64,000 bases of DNA from Humidesulfovibrio sp. (lineage in GTDB: Bacteria > Desulfobacterota > Desulfovibrionia > Desulfovibrionales > Desulfovibrionaceae): NCBI RefSeq assembly GCF_031082295.1, contig NZ_JAVHLD010000002.1, forward strand, positions 40,976 through 104,975, given 5' to 3'. A program made the position numbers and the translations under genes. Within the stretch, counting starts at the first letter, position 1. Every line of letters starts with the position of its first letter. Below are positions 16,201 through 22,887 of this stretch, piece by piece. Under the pieces are notes generated by a model. It did not search any database and was not told the origin of the DNA. It was given only the letters and a program-made list of their open reading frames with translations.

Positions 16201-18813
16201 CCGGACACCCCGGCCCACGCCGAGGCCTTGCTGCGGCTCGGCCTGGTCTACGCCAGGCTGGAGCAGTATTCCCAGGCCATCACGGCCGTGCAGCAATCGA
16301 CGGACATGCTCGCCAATCTCGAGTTGGCGCCAAAGGAGATCGAGGCCTTGGCGAGCCTTGGCGCGGTGCTTGAAAACGCCATCCAGTACGACAACGCGCT
16401 CAAGCGCTTCGAGGGTGCGGCCAAGCTGTCCAAAAAGACCGGCTCCAAGGAACTTGTTGCCAAACAGTACCTGAGCATCGGCCGCATTCACGACCTGCGG
16501 CTCTCGCAATACGCCCAGGCCCGCGAGGCCTACGGCGAGGCCCTCTCCATCTACACCAGTCTCGGCCGCAAGGCGGACATGGCCCAGGCCATGCTCGACA
16601 TAGGCCGCTGCGCGAGACTCATCGGCAACTTCACAGAGGCTGAGACCCGCTACGCCGAGGCCCTCAAGCTCATCGCCGCCGACAAAGCGCAGGAACGCCT
16701 GCGCGCGCGCATCCTCATCGAGCAGGCCAACAACGCCTGGCAGCAGGCGCGGTTCCAGCAGGCCTTCGACCTTCAGCGGCAGGTGCTCAAGTCCGCCGAG
16801 AAGAACGGCTGGGTACTTGAGCAGGTCATCGCCCGCAACACCGCCGGACTCCTGTGGTGGAGCCTGGGCGACCACAACCGCGCCGTGCGAGAGCTTGACG
16901 CGGCCCTGCCCCTGGCCCAGTCCCTGCGCATCCGCAAGGACGAGGTCGCCACCACCCTGAACAACCGTGGCTTGGTCGAACGCGACATGGGCCGCTACCC
17001 GCTGGCGCTCAAGACCCTGGGCGAGGCACTCGCCATTGACCGCGAGATACGCTCGCGCTGGGCCATCGCCTACGACCTGCGCAACATCGCCCAAACTTAC
17101 GTGCGCATGGGCGACCCGAGGAAAGCGCTGCCGCTGCTGGACGAGGCGCTCGCCATCGTCTCGGCCACAGGAAACCGCATCAACCAGACCAAGATCCTGC
17201 TGGCCCAGGGCGAGGCGCTGCTTGCCCTTGGCAACGACGACAAGGCCAAGGCCGCCTTTACGCAGGCCGATGGATTGTCCCGCGAAATGGGGCTGCGAGA
17301 CAGCCAGTGGCGCGCGCTGCACGGGCTCGCACGGCTGGACATTGCCGCGGGCAAGCGCCAGGAGGCCAAGGACCTGCTGCAAAAGGCCGTCGATGTCATC
17401 GAGGGCATGCGCGCCGAGCTCAAGGTGGACCAGCTGAAGGACGGCTTCATCGCCGACAAGGCCGTGGTCTACGAGGACCTGGTGACGCTGCTGGCCGATA
17501 TGGGCGAGGTGGCCGAGAGCTTCCGCACGGCAGAACGCTCCCGCGCCCGCAACCTCATCGACCTCCTGGGCAACAAGCGCAGAAGCCCACAACACAAGGA
17601 AGACCAGGCGCTCTACGAGCGCATTAACGCCGTGCGCTCGGCCCTGCGAGAGCAGGAATCGCTGCTGGCCCAAGCACAGGGCAAGAACGAGCGGGAGGTT
17701 TACGCCAAGGGCGTGAAGCGCCTGCAGGACGACTACCGCGACATCCTGCTGGAACTCCAGGCCAACCGGCCGGACATCGCCAGCCTTGTCAGCGTCAATC
17801 CGCTCACCCTGGCCGACGTGCAGAGGATGCTCGAACCCGGCGTGGCGCTTTTGACCTACTACGTCACCGCCAACGAAATCCTCTGCTGGACCGTGGACCG
17901 CGACCGCGTGGAACTGACGCGCACGCGCCTGGGCCGCGACACCCTTGGCCAGATGATCCTGACCTATCGACGCATGCTGCAGAATCTGGAGCCTGTGGAG
18001 GCACACTCGAAGGAACTCCATGCGCTGCTGCTCGCCCCTGTGTTGCCGAAGCTCAACGGCGTGAAGGTTCTCGGCATCATCCCCCACGACAGCCTGCACA
18101 CCCTGGCCTTCGCCACGCTCTCTGACGGCGATTCGAACCTGCTGGACCGCTACCCATTGTTCCAGCTGCCCAGCGCCAGCGTGTTCAAGTTCACGCTGGA
18201 ACGGCGCAAGGCCGAGCGCAACACCAAGGTGCTCGCCGTCGGCAACCCGGACCTGCACGACCAGTCGCTAGAGTTGCCGTTCGCCGAGCGCGAGGTGGGC
18301 TCGCTGGCCTGGAACTACCCGAACATGACAGCATTGACGCGCGAGAAGGCCACCAAGAGCTGGATATCCGAGCACATCAGCGACTTCGGCATCATCCACC
18401 TGGCCACCCACGGCGAGTTCGACCCCGTGAACCCGCTGTTCTCGGCACTCAAGCTGGTGAGCGACAAGAAGGACAAGGACGGCGACCTGGACGCCGCTGA
18501 AATCTTCGACCTGAAGATCTCGGCGGACCTGATCGTGCTCTCGGCCTGCCAGACGGGTCTCGGCAAGGTCACCAGCGGCGACGAGGTTCAAGGCCTGAAC
18601 CAGGCCTTCCTGTATGCCGGTACCCACGCGCTGGTATCGAGCCTGTGGCGGGTGAGCGACATCTCCACTGCCATGCTGATGAAGCAGTTCTATCGCGAGT
18701 ACCAGTCACGCCCGAAGGCCGAAAGCCTGCGTCGGGCCATGCTGCACGTGAAGAACCGTTTCCCGCACCCGGGCTATTGGGGCGCGTTCACCTTGAGCGG
18801 CGACTACAAGTAA
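10222..18813 (+). CDS. Giant exported TolB/PD40-propeller, TPR and CHAT (caspase-like) protease, 2863 aa
   Basis: Sec signal (..LALLPWPATA|A); repeated P..SPDG+.+AF blades (about aa 75-360); long TPR arrays; degenerate CHAT at about aa 1640-1904; C-terminal CHAT with IIHLATHG (H2730), VLSACQTG (C2776) and HP.YWGAFTLSGD. Confidence 0.92.
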   Translation: MNARPFRQLYRQILAGSCLALALLPWPATAATPKATPAAVPQTQLDQSAKALSEEALRATGKRLAPRRVEVNRPVQVTFETGAVQHLDITPDGKWLAYTRQSNGYSELWVRGLGDGLTGLPRRLAPALADRLSPALSPDGRRIAFVGMEDDVKGDIYLLDLANPQAQAQKLTGRATEDRSPCFRPDGKSLYFQQRDEGEPKRRIVALELANLSSAPRALDTDGDAAQPTLSPDGRRLAFVSARTGVSAVYVMNLASGAAAGLPQKLTTDVLPQAYPRFTPDGMTVLFTTAPVFGVTSDQGGIQTVIARAPVPADAGQSSKPEDLTSAQGADLSPVMAAGRLFFLASRALGNTIPSNVFSLPPEGEIPDKSSAELMTLAETLASQLPVDRHLTILALGKAARTSGYRGDIAAKALLGMGRQYESLGLETPARQAFDAASALDVQPESGFAHIRSLLLGVAEDTRQALNDKGRRAALQAGLKALSGIAAKPADTPAQSRVQAQARLEQARLLQSAGDSKSMAEAIRLLDAQLAVRGIAPEQAAEALFLKAETFGRIGQVQAVLPIHAQVIRDYPDNGPWADMAVSRVLDRTVEAAGPKPEAQAQALLLLSGQHRLDLPKLSLGALNRLGDVYYASDEWSKAKDAYRQALDNANAWQKQSPQNASQVATQVAAARLALAEILYREERFHQALDLYESEMASRPFEDRLYRLAKTAHLRKSTAAGDYLLRIGEVPSARAIFAGLLRDDPDFVPAHRGMIRAAAALKTIPATLAEYRQKLSAKPDDATLLYATGLTLTYENGKAPLLEARDLISRAIQKNGQVEYFHQTLGYIDEVLETVHGERGRLEAALESYQRARFLNSREQNPENAANLDMNIGNIHFLLGQYAQAFEEYGKRQDSKVPFDNPETEILFYQRFGTSAFQARERDKPSLAFAKSLELVEQRIQPKYASEVFGRINKFVFDRVLTLALGHADLAEKAKTLATRQSELNNRLFEASIKPAGPPPDPAFGVYVKAVQELLSEQERIIGELPPLMQKDREASMQTLFVMAGKVREALGFPPRFVQLRAELYDRLGLAHQEAGRWHEAREAFEKALVMNTSLGLNQNLTANQRSVAYCAYMEAGLTTGLDRDKLLATAEAGFRRIPELVSKYGVADKKGGRAGKGLINIDLDVSLDKSTASQAAYGFSAEQELRLAETFLARIATERGRPREALGLVERQSTAFEKGSVAPQDTFGAALLLHRAGMLEASLGSEPQAFERFRRSAELSLEMKNPVSASLNVIDMAATLLRMPFDSKEFALRLNELRRVEALVAEGLRHKLPGGDSLSAPAFQNIMAAQNMALAERLPVTDALSAARRMELLARSGQRLAEGLSWFKNSLPAGNRRALALNAALHLNQAELALRLGEDDVRAEQLNAALVLADEGLLPGLRWRALAGLGRLKEALGVVQALPLDEASCGAGEITGAFAPLVAALVDAGKAEDAYNLTERLSELERVGRMGRLGVAQPTQAESQLLRRTALRLLAIRDLKARITATKGDDRVDLSRRLSQEEEILQRDLGLDRESLPGVARLGNSVAEQDWLTILHGLSLEASAAADSAASGSAEQRSRHAQLMTRLGALKAEAGKSIGRLDAPGALGLYLAAPSEAIDLMENLPKNTSTLRVVALPSPRRDAMRWVGLRLDADSVRSVALGSGPRPTLPAVAPGEQRLLAFEDPGFIASDDLRTAQAGALSGTHLVRSFKARKPFRKNLVFITGSAQAASIGFKGFDTKSVASSAAGLRQSLAQAHTVVAETPARLSQSAPSRQDELPVRFLALTPAKGEPLPLTGLATAMQDVSLAVLTQVPAESLPLVVHLLSLYGVPSVLAAQEADASGKGFTTSFLTAYAEDSAANARAKAHASGKDTASWLLLGDPGLNVAQAGAFAATQFARYVRSGMEDFKSGRHAQALSLFENALRVARSSTQFSKHLPDLLSYCRESAYASDQFDKSLAYAKELAALVAKSSPDTPAHAEALLRLGLVYARLEQYSQAITAVQQSTDMLANLELAPKEIEALASLGAVLENAIQYDNALKRFEGAAKLSKKTGSKELVAKQYLSIGRIHDLRLSQYAQAREAYGEALSIYTSLGRKADMAQAMLDIGRCARLIGNFTEAETRYAEALKLIAADKAQERLRARILIEQANNAWQQARFQQAFDLQRQVLKSAEKNGWVLEQVIARNTAGLLWWSLGDHNRAVRELDAALPLAQSLRIRKDEVATTLNNRGLVERDMGRYPLALKTLGEALAIDREIRSRWAIAYDLRNIAQTYVRMGDPRKALPLLDEALAIVSATGNRINQTKILLAQGEALLALGNDDKAKAAFTQADGLSREMGLRDSQWRALHGLARLDIAAGKRQEAKDLLQKAVDVIEGMRAELKVDQLKDGFIADKAVVYEDLVTLLADMGEVAESFRTAERSRARNLIDLLGNKRRSPQHKEDQALYERINAVRSALREQESLLAQAQGKNEREVYAKGVKRLQDDYRDILLELQANRPDIASLVSVNPLTLADVQRMLEPGVALLTYYVTANEILCWTVDRDRVELTRTRLGRDTLGQMILTYRRMLQNLEPVEAHSKELHALLLAPVLPKLNGVKVLGIIPHDSLHTLAFATLSDGDSNLLDRYPLFQLPSASVFKFTLERRKAERNTKVLAVGNPDLHDQSLELPFAEREVGSLAWNYPNMTALTREKATKSWISEHISDFGIIHLATHGEFDPVNPLFSALKLVSDKKDKDGDLDAAEIFDLKISADLIVLSACQTGLGKVTSGDEVQGLNQAFLYAGTHALVSSLWRVSDISTAMLMKQFYREYQSRPKAESLRRAMLHVKNRFPHPGYWGAFTLSGDYK

Positions 18814-18832
18814 CTTGAGGAATATAGCTGAC

Positions 18833-20077
18833 ATGCGTGCAAGACTCTGCTCAACATGGCTGATGGCGATCTGTCTGCTTGCTTTGTCTGCCGGGCAGGT
18901 TCTGGCCGCGCAGGCTGGGGGGGCCGTCCTGTGGACCGCCTCGGACAGGACGCCGCTCAGATCGGATCGCTCCGGCGTGGCCGCGACGCTCAAGGACTTG
19001 CCGCGCGGTACTCCCGTGCGACAGTTGCAAAACGAGGGCGCCTGGCTGCTCGTGGAAGAACCGGGCGGCGTCAAGGGCTGGGCCTACCAGGGACATCTGG
19101 AGGCCTCGCGGCCTTTGCCCACCAGTGTCGACCTCTTTGCGCCGCTGCCTGGCAGCATCGTGCTGGCCGAGACAGCGGACACAAGCCGCAGCTCGCGCTC
19201 TGTCCAGCCGGAGCGCAACAAGGACAATGAGGCCTTGTGGTCTGTTCTGGAGCTGCCGCTTTCCCGTCAGAACCTGGAGGACTTCCTGCGCGAAGGGGGC
19301 ATCGGAGAGTACTCGCAGGCGACGCCGCACAGCAACGGCGGCCCACTCAAGCTCCCTGCGCTCAAACCAGCAGCCCCGCCGGGCGGAGACGCCGAGCGCC
19401 TTCTCGGGCTGAACCTTGCCGTCACGGTGACGCGCAAGGTGGCCAAGCCGGCCTTCGGTACGCAGTTGCAACGCTATGTCAATCTGGTGGGTTTGAGCGT
19501 GGCGCGTTTCGCACCCGGCAACGCCCTGAGCTATCGTTTCATCGTACTGGACAGCCCTGCGCCGATGTCCTTGAGCCTGCCTGGAGGCTTTGTCATGATC
19601 AGCACGGGCCTCGTCAAGTCGCTGGACAACGAGGCCCAGTTGGCGCTGGTGCTGGCGCACGAGGCTGCGCACGCCTCTCTCGCCCATGGCTGGGCCAGGG
19701 CCAAGGCGACGCAGTTCTTCCGCTCAGGCCTTGGCATGACCGATGATGGCGTGAAATCGCCGTTGTTCGGGCAGATGCAGGACGAGTTGCTGAAGCAGTT
19801 GTTGCGCCACGGCACGGACCAGAAGCAGGAATATGACGCAGACGCCGCAGCCGTGCAGATGGCCTATCGCGCCGGCTACGACCCCATGCAATTGATCGCC
19901 GCGCTCCATAACGTGGACCGCGCGTCGGACGGCGCCGTGCTGAGTTCTAGCGCCAGATGGAGCGACCTGCACCCGCCTTTACAGATGCGCATGAACAGAA
20001 TCCAGGCGCTTTTGGCGCGGTTGCCCATGCAGGACGGACTGGCGCTGGCAACGCAACGTTTCCAGGCCAACATCTAG
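18833..20077 (+). CDS. Exported SH3b domain plus M48-family zinc metalloprotease
   Basis: Signal peptide; SH3b (LPRGTPVRQLQNEGAWLLVEEPGGVKGW); M48 motifs SLPGGFVMISTGL, LAHEAAH, QEYDAD, HPP; GAGG RBS before ATG 18833. Confidence 0.85.
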   Translation: MRARLCSTWLMAICLLALSAGQVLAAQAGGAVLWTASDRTPLRSDRSGVAATLKDLPRGTPVRQLQNEGAWLLVEEPGGVKGWAYQGHLEASRPLPTSVDLFAPLPGSIVLAETADTSRSSRSVQPERNKDNEALWSVLELPLSRQNLEDFLREGGIGEYSQATPHSNGGPLKLPALKPAAPPGGDAERLLGLNLAVTVTRKVAKPAFGTQLQRYVNLVGLSVARFAPGNALSYRFIVLDSPAPMSLSLPGGFVMISTGLVKSLDNEAQLALVLAHEAAHASLAHGWARAKATQFFRSGLGMTDDGVKSPLFGQMQDELLKQLLRHGTDQKQEYDADAAAVQMAYRAGYDPMQLIAALHNVDRASDGAVLSSSARWSDLHPPLQMRMNRIQALLARLPMQDGLALATQRFQANI

Positions 20078-20086
20078 GCCAAGCAG

Positions 20087-20674
20087 CTAGAACTTCATGT
20101 TCTTGGCGTCCTCGATGGCCTTGAGCGCATCGGGCGGGATGTCCTTTTCAGTGGCCGGGCCGCTGGAAGGATAATCCTTGTTGCCGATGCGAACCGTGCC
20201 GCCCTTGTTGACGACCGTGCCGACGCTGGATTTGATCTTTCCCTTTTCAACGCCCTCGGCGGCCTCGCGCTTCAAGGCCTCCTTCTCGGCCTGGGCCTCG
20301 GCCTTGGCGGCGGCCTTGAGGGCTTCCTTCTCCGCCTTGAGCTGAGCCTTCAGCGCCTGCTTCTCGCGCTCGCGCTCGGCCTTGGCGGCGGCTTTGGCGG
20401 CGGCCTTTTCGGTGTCGGCGGCCGGATCGTGCGGAACCAGGGCCACCTTGCCGTCGCGGATGATCACGTCCATGCCGGGCTTGTACTTTTGCTCCTGCAG
20501 GACACCGTCCAAGTAGATTTTGTCACCCTCGATGACCACGCTGTTCACACTGCCCTTGCCGGTTTTCCAGTCGCCCACCACCACGTTGGTCACGTCGTCC
20601 GCCGCAATGGCGGACACGCCTGAGGCCAACAACAGGGCTAAGGCAACCAGAATGCTTCGAAACTTGCGGTGCAT
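20087..20674 (-). CDS. Hypothetical secreted protein with Ala/Lys/Glu-rich coiled-coil
   Basis: AAGGAGG RBS, Sec signal (..SAIA|A), beta-rich N-terminal part, repeated AEKEALK, host-like codon usage. Confidence 0.75.
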   Translation of the reverse strand: MHRKFRSILVALALLLASGVSAIAADDVTNVVVGDWKTGKGSVNSVVIEGDKIYLDGVLQEQKYKPGMDVIIRDGKVALVPHDPAADTEKAAAKAAAKAEREREKQALKAQLKAEKEALKAAAKAEAQAEKEALKREAAEGVEKGKIKSSVGTVVNKGGTVRIGNKDYPSSGPATEKDIPPDALKAIEDAKNMKF

Positions 20675-20712
20675 GGGAACCTCCTTCGCGCCATCGCGCG
20701 GAATGGGGCGCC

Positions 20713-22887
20713 TTAGGAAACGCGGACAGCCTCGGTAACGGACTCCACAAGCCGGATCTTGTCCAGCACGCCGTAGAGCTGATGCAGGTCCTTCACCTCA
20801 ACGGTGAACTCCATCAGCGCGTTGCCGTCCACGTTGGACTGGAACGAGCCGGACTGGATGTTCACGTCGTCGCTGGTCAAAAGCGCCGTCACCTGGGAAA
20901 GCGCCCCCTTGAAGTTGCGGCAGACGATGCGGATTTTCGAAGGATAGGGCTTGTCCTCCACGCCTTCCCAACTGACGGAGATGACGCGGTCGGTCTCGAA
21001 GCCCTTGATGTTGGTGCAGTCGAGGGAATGGATGGTCACCCCGCGGCCACGGGTAATGTAGCCCACGATGGGCTCGCCGGGCAGGGGGTTGCAGCAACTG
21101 GCGAAACGGAAGAGCACGTCGTCCACGCCGGAGAGCTTGATGCCTTCGCCCTTCTTTGTTTTGGCGGGCTCTGCCTGCTGTTCGGGTTGCTCCGTTCCCT
21201 TGCGCTGGTCCTCGGCAATCTTTTCGGCCAGCTTTTCGCCGGGGTGGAGCATGGCGTAAAGCTTCTGGAGCACCTTGCGCGGGGTCAGGCGCGCATAGCC
21301 CACCTGGGAGAGCAGCTCGTCCACGCTGGGCAGGGAGAACTCCTCGGCCAGCTTATGGATATGGCCGTCCTTCAAGGCCTTGGCGTAATTCACACCGAGC
21401 TTGCGGCCCTCCTTCTCCAGCATCTCCTTGGCCAGGCTGATGCTGCGGGCGCGCTCCTCGGTGCGGATGTACTGCTTGATGCGCGTCTTGGCCCGAGCGG
21501 TCTTGACGAATTTGAGCCAGTCGCGGCTGGGGTTGCGGTGGTTGTCGGTGATGATCTCCACGCGGTCGCCGTTCTTGAGCGCCGTGCCGAGCGGCACCAG
21601 GCGGCCATTGACCTTGGCCCCGGCGCAGTGGTCGCCGACGACGGAGTGCACGGCGTAGGCGAAGTCCACAGGAGTAGCGCCCTCGGGGAGTTCCTTGATG
21701 TCGCCGCGGGGGGTGAAGACGTACACCTCGTCCTGAAACAGGTCGATACGCAACGAGGCCATGAACTCGCGCGGGTCCTGCAGGTCGCGCTGCCAGTCGA
21801 GGATCTGTCGCAGCCAGGTGAAGCGCTCGGCGTCGCGGTTGCTGCCCTTTTTGCCCTTTTCCTTGTACTGCCAGTGGGCGGCCACGCCGTACTCCGCGAC
21901 GCGGTTCATCTCCTCGGTGCGAATTTGTATCTCGATGCGCTCCCCGTCCGGCCCGATGACCGTGGTGTGCACGCTCTGGTACATGTTGGCCTTGGGGATG
22001 GAGATGTAGTCCTTGAAGCGGCCGGTGACCGGCTTCCAGATGGAGTGGATGAGGCCGAGCACGGCGTAGCAGTCCTTCAAGCTGCCCACGATGATGCGGA
22101 AGGCGATGAGGTCGAAGATCTGATCCAGGCCAAGGTTCTGCTGCAGCATTTTGTTATAGATGCTGTAGAGGTGCTTGGTGCGACCGGCCACGCGGCCCTT
22201 GATGGAGTTCTCCTTCAGCATGTCGCTGATCAGGCCCGTGACCTTGTCGATGTACTCCTGCCCGGAGGTGCGATGGCGGGCAACGCCCTGGTCTATCTGC
22301 TCGTACACGTCGGGCTTCAGGTACTTGAGGCAGAGGTCCTCCAACTCCCGCTTGGTGCGATGAAGGCCCAGGCGGTTGGCCAGCGGCGCATAGATTTCAA
22401 GGGTCTCCTGTGAGATAAGCCGCTGTTTCACAGAGGGCTGAAAGTCCAGGGTGCGCATGTTGTGCAGGCGGTCGGCCAGCTTGACCATGAGCACGCGGAT
22501 GTCTTCAGCCATGGCCAGGATCATCTTGCGAATGTTCTCGGCCTGGGCCACGGCCTTGGACTCAAACTGCATCTTGCTGATCTTCGTCACACCATCGACG
22601 ATGTCGGCAACTTCCTCGCCGAAGAGCTCCTCGATCTCGTCGATGGTGGTGCGGGTATCCTCCACCGTGTCGTGCAGAAGTCCGGCGGTGACGGTGGCCT
22701 CGTCGAGCTTCATGTCCGCCAGGATGCTGGCCACGCTCATGGGGTGCGAAAGGTACGGCTCGCCGGACAGGCGCGTCTGCCCCACATGGGCCTGCGCCGT
22801 GAAGATGTAGGCCTTCTGGATCAGCTCCAGGTCGGGCTTTTCGATGTAGGAAGCCACCTTGTCGGTGATCTCATTGATGCGGATCAT
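20713..22887 (-). CDS. rel: Long bifunctional RelA/SpoT (p)ppGpp synthetase/hydrolase
   Basis: Intact HD hydrolase (LLHDTVED); synthetase motifs R.KHLYSI, D..AFRI, YQSVHT, EIQIRT; TGS and ACT domains. Confidence 0.97.
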   Translation of the reverse strand: MIRINEITDKVASYIEKPDLELIQKAYIFTAQAHVGQTRLSGEPYLSHPMSVASILADMKLDEATVTAGLLHDTVEDTRTTIDEIEELFGEEVADIVDGVTKISKMQFESKAVAQAENIRKMILAMAEDIRVLMVKLADRLHNMRTLDFQPSVKQRLISQETLEIYAPLANRLGLHRTKRELEDLCLKYLKPDVYEQIDQGVARHRTSGQEYIDKVTGLISDMLKENSIKGRVAGRTKHLYSIYNKMLQQNLGLDQIFDLIAFRIIVGSLKDCYAVLGLIHSIWKPVTGRFKDYISIPKANMYQSVHTTVIGPDGERIEIQIRTEEMNRVAEYGVAAHWQYKEKGKKGSNRDAERFTWLRQILDWQRDLQDPREFMASLRIDLFQDEVYVFTPRGDIKELPEGATPVDFAYAVHSVVGDHCAGAKVNGRLVPLGTALKNGDRVEIITDNHRNPSRDWLKFVKTARAKTRIKQYIRTEERARSISLAKEMLEKEGRKLGVNYAKALKDGHIHKLAEEFSLPSVDELLSQVGYARLTPRKVLQKLYAMLHPGEKLAEKIAEDQRKGTEQPEQQAEPAKTKKGEGIKLSGVDDVLFRFASCCNPLPGEPIVGYITRGRGVTIHSLDCTNIKGFETDRVISVSWEGVEDKPYPSKIRIVCRNFKGALSQVTALLTSDDVNIQSGSFQSNVDGNALMEFTVEVKDLHQLYGVLDKIRLVESVTEAVRVS

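Noticed and set aside
12076-18258. Long minus-strand ORFs (616 aa and 716 aa) opposite the CHAT gene
   Set aside because: Antisense shadow ORFs expected from high-GC codon bias; they mirror the sense frame and have no motifs or RBS
10222-18813. CHAT gene as part of a type III-E CRISPR (Csx29) or gasdermin defence locus
   Set aside because: No CRISPR repeats, cas genes, Csx30-like or gasdermin-like ORF seen in the window, and the protein has an export signal
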